From Cyanobacteria bacterium J06626_4 (lineage in GTDB: Bacteria > Cyanobacteriota > Cyanobacteriia > Phormidesmidales > Phormidesmidaceae): a DNA stretch of 64,000 nt. Under the pieces are notes generated by a model. It worked only from the letters and a program-made list of their open reading frames with translations. It was not told the origin of the DNA and made no database searches. The DNA is taken from NCBI GenBank assembly GCA_038523235.1, contig JBCBJQ010000015.1, positions 22,856 to 86,855 of the forward strand, read 5' to 3'. Below, piece after piece: positions 21,400 through 31,718 of the stretch. The translations under genes were made by a program, and so were the position numbers. Positions within the stretch are counted from its first letter, which is position 1. Each line of letters begins with the position of its first letter.

Positions 21400-22329
21400 T
21401 CAGCAGACGGAAAGCTCGCCGTCTGCTGAATCGTTAGCATTCACCATCAACATCGGCAAAAACTTTTGAATGAGTGCGATCGTCACACTGGGCTGTTCTA
21501 GTTGCGGGGTCAGCCCCACGTTGTCCACAACTTCAAACCGCTGCACCGCATCAGGATTCAAAGCCGCCAGACGTTTGCCTAATTCGACATCGGTAAATTG
21601 GGCCGCTGCGCCCCACAGCATAACGGTTGGCACCGTTAACTGCGGCATCCACTCAGCCAGGTCAAAGCACAAATCACCGCGCACAAATGATAGAGCAGCG
21701 AATTCAGCATTGGGCTGGGTCGCTGACTCTAAATAGGCCGACACCATTTCAGAACTCACCAGATCAGCATTCGCAAACTGCCGCTCGGTCAAAAAGGCCC
21801 GGATGCCCGCTGATGTCGCGATCGCCGTTTGATACAGCACCTGATCTAAAAAGGGTACGCGCAAAATTTGCGGCAAAAATCCCTGCTGAAAATCTTTGCC
21901 AAAATCAGACAGCCCCGCTGGTGTCACTAAAATGAGTCCTTTCACCAAGTCAGGATGTTGGATCGACACCCGCACCATCATGGCAGCGGTCAACGCCGAA
22001 GCAATCACAACCCCACCCTGAGGAACCAAAGCTTGCAAGAACTGAGCGATCGCGCTCTCATAATCTTCCCCCTGATAGTCTCGTTCAGGATGATCAGAGT
22101 TACCCCAACCAGGCAAATCAGGCGCTAGCACTCGATAATCGGTCGCAAAGGCAGGATACACCTTTGACCATTCATAGGACGACGACCCGCCACCAAAGCC
22201 ATGCAAAAACACCAGAGTTTGTTCTGGATGAACGGCCACCGGCCAAAACTCCGGTTGAGGCGCAGCATAGGCGATCGTGCCCAGATCGATGACGGTCGAT
22301 CGCTGCTCAAAGCCGGACGCAATAAACAT
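21400..22329 (-). CDS. Alpha/beta fold hydrolase
   Basis: FLHGFGGG, YRVLAPDLPGWGNSD. Nucleophile elbow (VIASALT) and catalytic His region (GLTPQLE) are atypical. Confidence 0.85.
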   Translation of the reverse strand: MFIASGFEQRSTVIDLGTIAYAAPQPEFWPVAVHPEQTLVFLHGFGGGSSSYEWSKVYPAFATDYRVLAPDLPGWGNSDHPERDYQGEDYESAIAQFLQALVPQGGVVIASALTAAMMVRVSIQHPDLVKGLILVTPAGLSDFGKDFQQGFLPQILRVPFLDQVLYQTAIATSAGIRAFLTERQFANADLVSSEMVSAYLESATQPNAEFAALSFVRGDLCFDLAEWMPQLTVPTVMLWGAAAQFTDVELGKRLAALNPDAVQRFEVVDNVGLTPQLEQPSVTIALIQKFLPMLMVNANDSADGELSVC

Positions 22330-22895
22330 TCTGGTTCACCTTAAGGGTTAATAGCAGTGCTTATGACCGTTGCCGTGCAACAATCGCCACTGCCTTTACT
22401 TCCGTATACCACTTTCTCCAGATGAGGGGCCTCTACCTCACAGAAATCGTCTCATCCCACCTGGGTTCATCAGTCACTTTGGCTCTTTTGGCTCACGCCT
22501 GCGAGCGTCGGTTACTCCACAGACAACCAGTGAGGGAGCTGCGCGGGAGAAATCTCCCCAAGCTTGCCGATTTCTGCCAGGGTTTGACAGTGGCAGGCCT
22601 CTATGATCGGAATACAATCGGTGATTCATCCCATGATGTGCCGCCAATCTTTTCTCAAATTAAGACGGTCTCTCGACTCAAAAAAATGAATTATCCTGAC
22701 TGGAGCATATCAAAGTTGTAAAAGGCAAAGCCAGCGAATCACTCTGATTATCTGCCTCGCATTGCCAGCTTTAAGGCGATACACCGACACTCAGGGTAGG
22801 CTATGGTGAGTTGGGCTTGACTCTGTAGCATTTGACACTCAGTTATCAAGAAACCTTTATCGTCACTTCCCGTCAATTTTATTGAGTTGTATGTA

Positions 22896-23276
22896 ATGAA
22901 CCTGATGCTTCCACGCTTTCTTGCAACCAGTTTTTTAGGTCTCAGCTTGGCTACCCTCAGCTTGCCCGCCGAAGCTCGTCCCGAAATTGCCAGCGGTGAT
23001 CAATGGCTCGATGACATCAGCCAAGCGGAATGTCTCAGCCGGGCTGACGATTTTATTACCGAGCTCGATGTGCCCAATCAAGCTGGAGAGATTGATCGCA
23101 CCGGCTACTTCGATGATGGCGTCTTCCGTATTCTGTGCTACGGCGGCGGTGAAACGTCGAGCATGGTGCTGGTGTTCTCAGTCCACAATGAAAGTGCCGA
23201 AGTCGCTGCTCAGTTCTTACAGTTCGCCTTAGAAGAAATCTCAGGCCAAGCGATCGAAGCTGGACAAACCCTCTAG
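22896..23276 (+). CDS. Secreted hypothetical protein
   Basis: Signal peptide ending in AEA, acidic mature domain with two Cys. Confidence 0.7.
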   Translation: MNLMLPRFLATSFLGLSLATLSLPAEARPEIASGDQWLDDISQAECLSRADDFITELDVPNQAGEIDRTGYFDDGVFRILCYGGGETSSMVLVFSVHNESAEVAAQFLQFALEEISGQAIEAGQTL

Positions 23277-23428
23277 ATCCACCGCTAGCGCTAACGCCGA
23301 CACCTTAGTTTTGAACCGCTCCTAGAGATGCGATCCACAGCATTTTTAGGAGTGATTCTTATATGAGTGAACCGGTTTTGAGTCGCTTGCAAACCTGCCA
23401 CAGCGATCGCCCATAGCATTCACACCAC

Positions 23429-24895
23429 CTAACCAAGGGCCGCTAACCCACGGCGATAGAGAGTCTGGGCATATTCCGTCCAAGCGCCTTGCCCCCAATA
23501 GCGAAAGCAACTGGTCTCTAGCAAGAGCGTGTGTAGCAAGGCACGATGATAGTCCGCCGATCGCCGATCACTCCACCGTTCCTCAGCCACCGCCTGATGA
23601 AAGCGGGCGCTGAGCTGCTGCATGGGCTGCATCACGTTGCCATAGCCCTCGACCCAACTGCGATCGCTGGTCCATGACGACCCTTCCATGTGAAAGTTGC
23701 CATCCCTCTGCTGAATCTCGGCGATCGCCGTTTGCACCGAGTCTGGCGTGATGCGATCGCCCACCTGCTGCCACAGGCGCTGCTGGCCAATCGCCTGACA
23801 AGTCGGCAACTGCTCTGACGTGACGCCCGCCGCCGCCAGCAGTTCCAAATATTCCGTGCCCAAAAAGCCGACAGTCCCTACCCGACCGCTGCCGTGCTGT
23901 CGCATTTCATGCCAGCAGCGCTTAAACATACTGGGAAACTCATTCATCATGACGCCGCCATTTTCGCCATCACTAATCTGCGTAACCAACGGCGGCACCT
24001 GTCCGTTCCCGAGAGCTGTGGGCTGTAGGGTTTTCGCTTCGGCAAAAGGCTGCATCTGACCCACTAGCTTGGTATCTGACCCCTGAGTTTTGATCAGCAC
24101 GGTCATCTCTACCGTTTCGCCATGGGAATTCTGGGCCACCAGTCGATGGGGTAAGTGAGGCTGCTGAATCCCTTGACCGGCCAGCGTCTCAATCGTATGT
24201 TCTTGTACTAGTAGCCACTGATAACCACAATCTTTCAGCGCTTTGACAAAGGTATAGAGCGTATCAGGATGATTGGGCAGATGCATTTCTGGCGGTGAAA
24301 AGCCACGCACTCGCGACAGCGCTTCCCAGCCAAACAGCGCCGCAAAATTATGCTGCCAGGCGCGAATATGAAGCTCAATATCAGGAATCGGAGTCGAAGG
24401 CACCACCGCGTGCCCCCAAAACGTGCCCAGCCATTCCACATAGGGCTGATATTGGGCTTCACAGGTGATGCGCCGCAGCTTATCTAAAACGTCGTGACGC
24501 TGCATCTGCTGCAAGCCCCAAAGTAACGTGCCCGAGTAATCGAGCATGACCCGAGGATTGCACCCCTGCTCGACCAGTTCGGGAATGAAATCACCCATGC
24601 GGGCATAGCAGTAGGCAAACGGCCCAGCATTGTGATTATCCCCGTCGTAGGGATGGTCAAACATGTGCTGCAGATTATTGATCAGCTGCCCCTCGTGACC
24701 CGCCGGAATCGTCGGCTGGTGCATGTGTAGGGCGATCGCAAACCCCGCTGAAATATCGGTCAGTCGTAAATTGGTGCGCTCTAAAAAGATGGGGCGATCG
24801 CCCTGCACAGCAGCTTGAACCCGATTTTCCCACCCAGCCAGCGGCGGCATACCGTCAATCAAACTGGGCATGGCAGGAGGGGCAGTGGCGACCAT
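23429..24895 (-). CDS. Glycoside hydrolase family 57-like protein
   Basis: LHMHQP, YSGTLL, GFSPPEM (nucleophile-like Glu), SDGENG (acid/base), LLETSCFRYWG. Confidence 0.8.
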   Translation of the reverse strand: MVATAPPAMPSLIDGMPPLAGWENRVQAAVQGDRPIFLERTNLRLTDISAGFAIALHMHQPTIPAGHEGQLINNLQHMFDHPYDGDNHNAGPFAYCYARMGDFIPELVEQGCNPRVMLDYSGTLLWGLQQMQRHDVLDKLRRITCEAQYQPYVEWLGTFWGHAVVPSTPIPDIELHIRAWQHNFAALFGWEALSRVRGFSPPEMHLPNHPDTLYTFVKALKDCGYQWLLVQEHTIETLAGQGIQQPHLPHRLVAQNSHGETVEMTVLIKTQGSDTKLVGQMQPFAEAKTLQPTALGNGQVPPLVTQISDGENGGVMMNEFPSMFKRCWHEMRQHGSGRVGTVGFLGTEYLELLAAAGVTSEQLPTCQAIGQQRLWQQVGDRITPDSVQTAIAEIQQRDGNFHMEGSSWTSDRSWVEGYGNVMQPMQQLSARFHQAVAEERWSDRRSADYHRALLHTLLLETSCFRYWGQGAWTEYAQTLYRRGLAALG

Positions 24896-25028
24896 AAAAC
24901 CTCAGACACAGAGACTTGTGCTCAGTGTCGCACTGTTAGATGGAGACTGGAGATTACTGAATAAGTTTGGTAAACGATTTTTAACAGTTTTGAAGCTGGC
25001 CGTTTGACTAGGCGCAGAGAAACGGCAA

Positions 25029-25086
25029 AGCGCTCCCTAGAAACCATGCAGAGAGGGAGTCTCTATCACAGTTCCCAAGGAGCGCT
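25029..25086 (-). terminator. Long G-U-rich hairpin 3' of nhaS3
   Basis: On the minus strand AGCGCTCCTTGGGAACTGTG pairs with CATGGTTTCTAGGGAGCGCT using several G-U pairs. Only a short U tract follows. Confidence 0.5.
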
Positions 25087-25162
25087 CAGGCACGTCGAAT
25101 CAAGTCACAGCAACGACTACACAGTTGACCGATGCATCATTTCACCCCTGACTCAGCGTTAA

Positions 25163-26530
25163 CTAAACCACTGACTCGACCACCTCTTCATCTCTAAAGG
25201 CCCAACGCAGCAGCAGCGGAGCCACCAACGTCGTCAAAATCACCATTGCAATAATGGCCGCTTGCAGCGGTCGATCCAGCGTGCCACTGGCCGCGCCGAT
25301 GCCAGCAAACACGAGGCCAACTTCACCCCGCGGAATCATGCCCACACCCACCGCTAGGCGATTGACCGGTTCCTTGCCAAACACGGCCCAGCCAGTAATC
25401 GTTTTGCCAATAATCGCCACCACAATTAAGAAGGCGGCAATCACCAAGCCAGGGCGATTTTCGGGATATAGCGGGTTCAGCACGCTCAAGTCAACCCGGG
25501 CCCCGACGGTGACAAAAAAGATCGGCACCAGCACATCGGCGATCGGGATGATTTGCTGATCCAATTCTTTGCGCTGATCGGTTTCATCCAACACCAGACC
25601 CGCCGCAAACGCGCCCAAAATGGCCTCTAGATGAACGACTTGGGCAATAAATGCAAACGCCAACGCAAAGGTCAAGGCTGGAATCACCAGATTGCCGCGC
25701 GTTTGCAACCGGTCAGCAATGGTGCCAAAAACGCTGTTAAACCCACGCCCCACCAAAATTGCCCCGAGCAAAAAGCCACTGGCACTAGCGATCAGGGTAA
25801 CGACATTGATAATCGAGACGTCCCCAGTTTTTGCCAGACTCGCCACCACTGCCAGCACGATGATGCCTAACACGTCATCCATCACCGCTGCGCCAACAAT
25901 GATTTGACCTTCCCGCGATCGCAGCTGACCCAGCTCTGACAACACCTTGGAGGTAATCCCAATGCTGGTCGCCGTGAGGGCCGCCCCAGCAAAAATCGCC
26001 GGGAGGGCATCGACCTGAAAAAGTGCCATCAAGCCGAACGTCCCCAAAGCAAAGGGGGCAACTACACCGACGACAGCGACGATCGCCGCCTGGTATCCCA
26101 CCTTTTGTAATTCCTTGAGGTCAGACTCCAAGCCAATCTCAAATAGCAGAATAATTACGCCCAGTTCTGCCAATACTGAAATAATTTCTCCCTGGGTCTG
26201 AAACACTTGATTCAGCGTTTCTGCCGGGGTGCCCATCAGGGTTTGTAGCGTCCCCATCAGCACCGAACTCGAGGCCTCTACCCCCACTTCAGGGAACACC
26301 AGCAAGTGCAACGCCGAAACGCCCACTAACACACCGCTGATCAGCTCACCCAACACCGGCGGCAGACCCATGAGCTTAGATAGCTCGCCGCCCAGCTTGC
26401 TAGCCAGATAAACCACCATCAGACTTAATAAAACGCCCGCCAACACTAGGGGGGCAACTTCTTCAGCCGGTACCTCAGCCATCACCGAGGTCAAGACCGT
26501 CGGCAAATCGAGAAAATTGAAAGAGAGCAT
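25163..26530 (-). CDS. nhaS3: CPA2 cation/proton antiporter (NhaS3/NapA-like)
   Basis: LPPVLGEL, LLFEIGLESD, ATSIGIT, AAVMDDVLG, GMIPRGEVGL. Lies downstream of bicA. Confidence 0.88.
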   Translation of the reverse strand: MLSFNFLDLPTVLTSVMAEVPAEEVAPLVLAGVLLSLMVVYLASKLGGELSKLMGLPPVLGELISGVLVGVSALHLLVFPEVGVEASSSVLMGTLQTLMGTPAETLNQVFQTQGEIISVLAELGVIILLFEIGLESDLKELQKVGYQAAIVAVVGVVAPFALGTFGLMALFQVDALPAIFAGAALTATSIGITSKVLSELGQLRSREGQIIVGAAVMDDVLGIIVLAVVASLAKTGDVSIINVVTLIASASGFLLGAILVGRGFNSVFGTIADRLQTRGNLVIPALTFALAFAFIAQVVHLEAILGAFAAGLVLDETDQRKELDQQIIPIADVLVPIFFVTVGARVDLSVLNPLYPENRPGLVIAAFLIVVAIIGKTITGWAVFGKEPVNRLAVGVGMIPRGEVGLVFAGIGAASGTLDRPLQAAIIAMVILTTLVAPLLLRWAFRDEEVVESVV

Positions 26531-26780
26531 TGCAATTTAATTTCCTAAAAGCGTTCTGAGTAGATCGCCGGTGGGCGATCGCTCAGACCATCAAAATTGA
26601 TTCAAAATTTTTATGCTTTATCGAGCAGCTAGCCCGACTTAGAGCAGGCTCTGGTTGACCGTCTGAACTGGCTCACCAGAGTGAGTGGGCCAGTTTGCCG
26701 ATCACCAGAGCACAGCCAATATCAGGAATCGCGACAGGAACAGACTTTTACCACTGGAGCAGACGATGAGTCGCCAGCAA

Positions 26781-28475
26781 CTACACCGCCGGAGACGTCA
26801 CTACTGGAGCAGAAGAGTCGGAAGGACTATCCAATAGCTCTAGCGCCCCTTGCAGCGCCGCCACTCGGGTATCCAGCAACCGTTCTGGCGGCACAAACCG
26901 ATGGATGCCCAGCTTTTCTAGACGCTTCAGTGCTTGAGCACTCGCACCGACCACAAAAACCGGTCGGTTGTTATCACTCGCATCTTGAATGGAGTTTTCT
27001 AGCGCAAGGGCGGCAGTCACCCCCAGAATCGGTACGTCGTGCAGATCAAGCACTAACACGTCGTGGTCTTTCATCGCATTGTTTTCACGCGCGATCGCCT
27101 TTGCCACCCCAAAGATCATCGGCCCACTCAGGTGGAACAGCAACACTCGACCGTCGGCGCGATCGAGCAGCATTTGCTCCTCGGGCGTCATCTGCAGGTC
27201 TTCATCTTCGTCAGCATCAGTAATCGTCTTAATGCCTTCAGACTGCAGTTTGGTTAAGCGATCGATCGTCAAAATGTTGGCAATGAAAACGCCGACACCG
27301 ACAGCAACAATCAAATCCACAAACACAGTTAAAAAGAGGACGCCATACATAATCAGCGTGCCTTTCCAAGAAACACTGTGGGCGCGCTTCAAGAAACTCC
27401 AGTCCAGGATATCGACCCCAACCTTCATCGCAATACCGGCTAGCACGGCCAGGGGAATCGGCGCGATCAAGCCCGAAGCCCCCAACACCACCACCATCAG
27501 CAAGACTGCTCGCACTAAACCCGAGAGCGCTGTCCGCCCACCGGTTTGAATGTTCACCACAGTGCCCATCGTGGCACCGGCCCCAGCCAGGCCACCAAAT
27601 AAACCCGATACTAAGTTGCCTAATCCTTGACCAATCAGCTCCTTGTCAGACTGATGTTGAGTGCGCGTCAAGCTATCAGCCACCATCGCTGTCAACAGCG
27701 CATCAATGCAGCCCAAAGCACCTAGCACTAAGGCATCAATCAGCATGATTTGAAACTGAGCCGCGCTGAAAGTCGGCATCTGCATCGCCGGCAGACCCGC
27801 TTCGATTGGGCCAATGCGACGAATATCAGCATCACCAAACACAAACAGCGACAAGACCGTCCCTGCTACCAAGACCAACAGTTGAGGCGGCAAAAAGCGC
27901 TTCAGCTTCTTGGGGACTAAGAAGAGAACCGCAATCGTAAAGACTGCCAAAATCAACTCCGGCGTCACCGTATTGCCGATGAGATCCGGCAGGCTGGTAA
28001 TCGTGCCAATCACCCCGCCCTGAGGACTTGACTGCCCCAAAAAGGGACCAATCTGCAAAATAATCAAGATCACCCCGATGCCCGACATAAAGCCGGAGAT
28101 CACGGTGTAAGGCATGAGCGTGACGTAGCGCCCAAGTCTTAAAAGACCAAAAAGGATTTGAAAAACCCCCGCCATCATCACCACAGTAAAGGCCATAGCC
28201 TTACCGTTGACCGGATCAGCAGCGATGAGTTTAGCTAGGACCGCCGTCATGACCACGGTCATCGGGCCAGTCGGCTCAGAAATAAGGGTCGGCGTACCGC
28301 CAAACAAAGCAGCAAAAAAGCCGACTAGAACAGCGCCATAGAGACCAGCTTCGGGGCCTGCGCCAGATGCTACACCAAAGGCCAGAGCCATTGGCAGGGC
28401 AATCACTGCAGCAGTTACACCACCAAAGACATCCCCGCGCACATTTCGGAAATTTATGCGGTTAGTCAGTGCCAT
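26781..28475 (-). CDS. bicA: SulP-family Na+-dependent bicarbonate transporter with STAS domain
   Basis: GDVFGGVTAAVIALPMALAFG, ISEPTGPMT, GAGATMGTVVNIQ, STAS LSGPMIFGVAKAI. Confidence 0.88.
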   Translation of the reverse strand: MALTNRINFRNVRGDVFGGVTAAVIALPMALAFGVASGAGPEAGLYGAVLVGFFAALFGGTPTLISEPTGPMTVVMTAVLAKLIAADPVNGKAMAFTVVMMAGVFQILFGLLRLGRYVTLMPYTVISGFMSGIGVILIILQIGPFLGQSSPQGGVIGTITSLPDLIGNTVTPELILAVFTIAVLFLVPKKLKRFLPPQLLVLVAGTVLSLFVFGDADIRRIGPIEAGLPAMQMPTFSAAQFQIMLIDALVLGALGCIDALLTAMVADSLTRTQHQSDKELIGQGLGNLVSGLFGGLAGAGATMGTVVNIQTGGRTALSGLVRAVLLMVVVLGASGLIAPIPLAVLAGIAMKVGVDILDWSFLKRAHSVSWKGTLIMYGVLFLTVFVDLIVAVGVGVFIANILTIDRLTKLQSEGIKTITDADEDEDLQMTPEEQMLLDRADGRVLLFHLSGPMIFGVAKAIARENNAMKDHDVLVLDLHDVPILGVTAALALENSIQDASDNNRPVFVVGASAQALKRLEKLGIHRFVPPERLLDTRVAALQGALELLDSPSDSSAPVVTSPAV

Positions 28476-28672
28476 CGCGAACACCTGTTTTTTATATTGA
28501 AGAAAGCAAATGAATAATCAAAAGACGATTGCATTAGCTCTATGACGAGATTACCATTCTCTCTCCTCAATGAAAACCATCGGATTTGTTTTGACGCTAG
28601 ATTTCCCACCTACAAGGATTTTATAGAGTCCTTGGAATCATTGACTGGCAGGCAATAGTACGAGTCAGTTTC

Positions 28673-28855
28673 TATAGCGAGCCGCAGTCAGGTTTGGACA
28701 CTTTTAATCGCCGGATCGCTTGCCCCTGCACCTGGAACCCTTCACCTTTCTATAGCAAGCCGCAGTTTGATCAGGTCACATCCAATGCCTGAAATCCTTA
28801 CTTGATAGGCTTTTCAATTCTGACTTCCGACTTCTTCATTCCGCATTCTGCTATA
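28673..28855. mobile_element. Tandem MITE-like TATAGC-ended elements with a heptamer repeat tract
   Basis: TTTCTATAGCRAGCCGCAGT occurs twice (about 28669 and 28747). The second unit has TATAGCA (28751)...TGCTATA (28855) ends. TTCNNNN heptamer x5 at 28818-28852. Confidence 0.5.
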
Positions 28856-28928
28856 CCTTCTCATAGCCCACCCGTTCATTGAACACACCGCATAGCGGGC
28901 AAGAGATTTGTAGAATTTGTCGTGGACG

Positions 28929-30197
28929 TTAGCGATCGCCCGTCGTCAGGCCCAGCTGCTGATCTAACCAAGACGACACCTCTGGCACATACAGCAGCCA
29001 GGTGCGGCGATAGGTCTCAGTGAGTGACGCGACGATCGGCGAGAGCTGTTTAATGTCGATCGCGCGATGGCCGACCCAAACTTTGATGCCGCGCTGATAG
29101 AGCGTATAGCCACAGCTTTGACTGTGACTCAGCCCGCAATAAAGTTGGGGATCATAACCTACCTCAACCACCTGGGCTTGAGTTTTAGCCAATAGCTCAG
29201 CGCGATCGCGATCAGACAAGTTGGACACATCCCGCGCCTTGAGCAGCCGCCGCTGGATAAAGCGCTGACAGAGATCGGCTAACACCGTATCAGCGTGATG
29301 CTGCCAGCGCTGCAGGTGATAGGTGAAAACAATATCGTCTGCCGCTAGATAGTGCTCCAGCGTCAGCGGCGTTTGAGGATGGTTGAGCCAAGCAGTCACG
29401 GTCTCATCGACATCGAGATCATTAGCCGCAAAACATTTTTGAGCCCGCTCAAAAGCCCGCTGCAATGTCCAAGTCGCTGCCAGGTTTTTGGGATGGTTGT
29501 AAACCTGGGCGTACATAAAGTAGCGCACCAACAGATAGTGCTCAACGGCAGTCTGACCTTTATGAGACACCATCAAATTGCCGTCATCATCCATATCCAT
29601 CGATCGCACAATCCGATCTAAATCCAAGCTGCCGTACGACGCCCCTGTAAAGTAGCTATCTCGCATGAGATAGTCGAGGCGATCGCAGTCAAGCTGGCTC
29701 GAAACCAACTGCCATACCAACGGCAGCGGATGCTGATGGGTATAGACCGAGGCGATCGCCGCCGTCAGGGCCGGGTCAAACTCTGCCAGCAGCGCTTGCA
29801 CCGGTGCTGATTCGCCAATGATGCGCCGCGTCCAATGCTCATGGTGAGTCTTGAAAATCGCTTCCGCTGTGTGACTGTAGGGGCCGTGACCAATGTCATG
29901 CAGCAGCGCCGCACACAACACCGTCGCCCGATGACTCGCCAGCGAGGGATATCGTTTTACCAATAAATCAAAGGCTTTTCGGGTCAGCTCCATCACGCCC
30001 AGAGCATGGGTAAAGCGAGAACTTTCAGCGCCGTGAAAGGTCAAGCTAGCCGCCCCTAACTGCCGAACTCGGCGCAGGCGCTGAAACGCTGGCGTATCAA
30101 TCAAGCGGATCAGCAGCTGTTCGACCGGATCTTGTCGATCAAGAGCGATCGCGCCGTGGAGCGGATCATGATACGTTCGACTGCGTTTAGGATGCAC
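28929..30197 (-). CDS. HD-domain phosphohydrolase (dNTP triphosphohydrolase-like)
   Basis: DPLHG, FQRLRRVRQLG, SRFTHALG, LLHDIGHGPYSH, LDCDRLDYLMRD. Start overlaps the ctpA 3' end by 11 nt. Confidence 0.9.
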   Translation of the reverse strand: MHPKRSRTYHDPLHGAIALDRQDPVEQLLIRLIDTPAFQRLRRVRQLGAASLTFHGAESSRFTHALGVMELTRKAFDLLVKRYPSLASHRATVLCAALLHDIGHGPYSHTAEAIFKTHHEHWTRRIIGESAPVQALLAEFDPALTAAIASVYTHQHPLPLVWQLVSSQLDCDRLDYLMRDSYFTGASYGSLDLDRIVRSMDMDDDGNLMVSHKGQTAVEHYLLVRYFMYAQVYNHPKNLAATWTLQRAFERAQKCFAANDLDVDETVTAWLNHPQTPLTLEHYLAADDIVFTYHLQRWQHHADTVLADLCQRFIQRRLLKARDVSNLSDRDRAELLAKTQAQVVEVGYDPQLYCGLSHSQSCGYTLYQRGIKVWVGHRAIDIKQLSPIVASLTETYRRTWLLYVPEVSSWLDQQLGLTTGDR

Positions 30198-31422
30198 TCG
30201 CCATAACCATTGATTGACTTAAGAGTTCGATTGCCGCCTGATACTGCACATCTTCATCCGTGCCAATTTGGTCTCGAGCGATCGCTGCCAACGGCACAGT
30301 CTTATCGGGACGAATCCCTAAACGATTGATGTCGTGATTCGCCGGCGTTTTGTACTTGGCCACCGTCACCACCAGCCCCGACCCGTCAGATAAATCAAAC
30401 AACGACTGAATCAGGCCCTTCCCAAAGGTCGTATTGCCGACCAGCTGCGCGCGACGATTATCCTGCAGCGCCCCGGCCAAAATTTCGCTCGCGCTGGCGG
30501 TACCTTCATTCACCAACACGACCAGCGGAGCCTCAGTCAAGGCTGAGCCGCTGGCCTCAAAGCTGTCGAGCATGCCCCGACGATCAAAGGTATACACAAT
30601 CGTCCCAGTCGCTAGCCACTGACGAGCAATCTCGATGCCCGCATTGAGCAATCCGCCGGGATTGTTGCGCAAATCCAGCACATAAGCGTTCACCCCCTGA
30701 CGCTCAAACGCTTGCACCGTTGCGGCGACCTCACTCGCCGCATTCGCGTTAAACTGCGTGAGGCGAATGTACCCAACCGTTAAATTCTCTGAGACGGAGT
30801 CAACACGGGTCACCACCGGATTCAGGCTCACCGTTCCCCGCGTTAACGTAATCGCTTCCGGCGCCTGCTGATTATGAGAAATCGTCAACACGACTGCAGT
30901 ACCCACTGGCCCCCGCATTGAGTTAGCGGCCTCATCAAGCGTCAATGTCTGGGTCGAACGGCCATCAATTGCCAGAATGCGATCGCGCGGCTGCACGTTC
31001 GCTGCAGCCGCGGGTGAGCCTGCGATCGGCGCAATCACTTGCAAATACTGATCCGCCTCATCTTTAGCAATCTGCAGACCCACCCCCGTGAGTTCACCCG
31101 AGGTGCTCGTCTGCAAGCTTCGGTATTGCTCAGGCGGCAACAGACGAGTGTAAGGGTCGTTCAAAGAGCTCAGCATTTCACGAATCGCGTCGTAGGTGTC
31201 GGCGCGACTGGTGAACTTCTGATCCAGTACATGCTCCCGCACAAACCACCAATTCTGATGATTAAACGTCTGGTCTAAGTAAGCGCGGTTAACAATCCGC
31301 CAAACTTCCGCCACCAAGCTTTCTTCGTCAGTCAGGGCTAACGCAGCTGGTTGCCACAATCCCCAACCGATCACCACTGCCAGCAATACTGACACCGTGC
31401 TTTTGAAAATCTTGCGTCCCAT
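30187..31422 (-). CDS. ctpA: Carboxyl-terminal processing protease (D1 maturation)
   Basis: PDZ domain, DLRNNPGG, TASASEI (Ser), TFGKGLIQ (Lys). Divergent from petB. ATG at 31422 precedes a signal peptide. Confidence 0.92.
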   Translation of the reverse strand: MGRKIFKSTVSVLLAVVIGWGLWQPAALALTDEESLVAEVWRIVNRAYLDQTFNHQNWWFVREHVLDQKFTSRADTYDAIREMLSSLNDPYTRLLPPEQYRSLQTSTSGELTGVGLQIAKDEADQYLQVIAPIAGSPAAAANVQPRDRILAIDGRSTQTLTLDEAANSMRGPVGTAVVLTISHNQQAPEAITLTRGTVSLNPVVTRVDSVSENLTVGYIRLTQFNANAASEVAATVQAFERQGVNAYVLDLRNNPGGLLNAGIEIARQWLATGTIVYTFDRRGMLDSFEASGSALTEAPLVVLVNEGTASASEILAGALQDNRRAQLVGNTTFGKGLIQSLFDLSDGSGLVVTVAKYKTPANHDINRLGIRPDKTVPLAAIARDQIGTDEDVQYQAAIELLSQSMVMASAS

Positions 31423-31718
31423 AGGTCCCTGACTCTGTTGTCTCTGATTGTAGAAGGGACACTCCCCAGTCAGCATCACGCATGACGCATTAATCCAAGG
31501 AAGGTCGCTGCAGTTAGCGAATAGTTTGTAAAGATACGTGAATTGCAGTGTCTTCTCGTTGAGGCGGCTCAATCAGACCAGAATCCGCGCAAGTCAGTTG
31601 TTTTGGGCTTTTGAGCAGGAGATTTTAATGACGTTTTGCCCTGAATGTCTCTGATCGAAGTTTTAGCTATGTTAAATTTCTAAGGAATACACTGCTTAGA
31701 TTAATATCCTCCCGCTTC

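Noticed and set aside
22370..22721. ORFs 22370-22606 and 22422-22721
   Set aside because: Overlapping, no recognisable motif; probably promoter DNA.
22825..22838. NtcA-like GTA-N8-CAC site
   Set aside because: Imperfect, with no -10 box at the canonical spacing.
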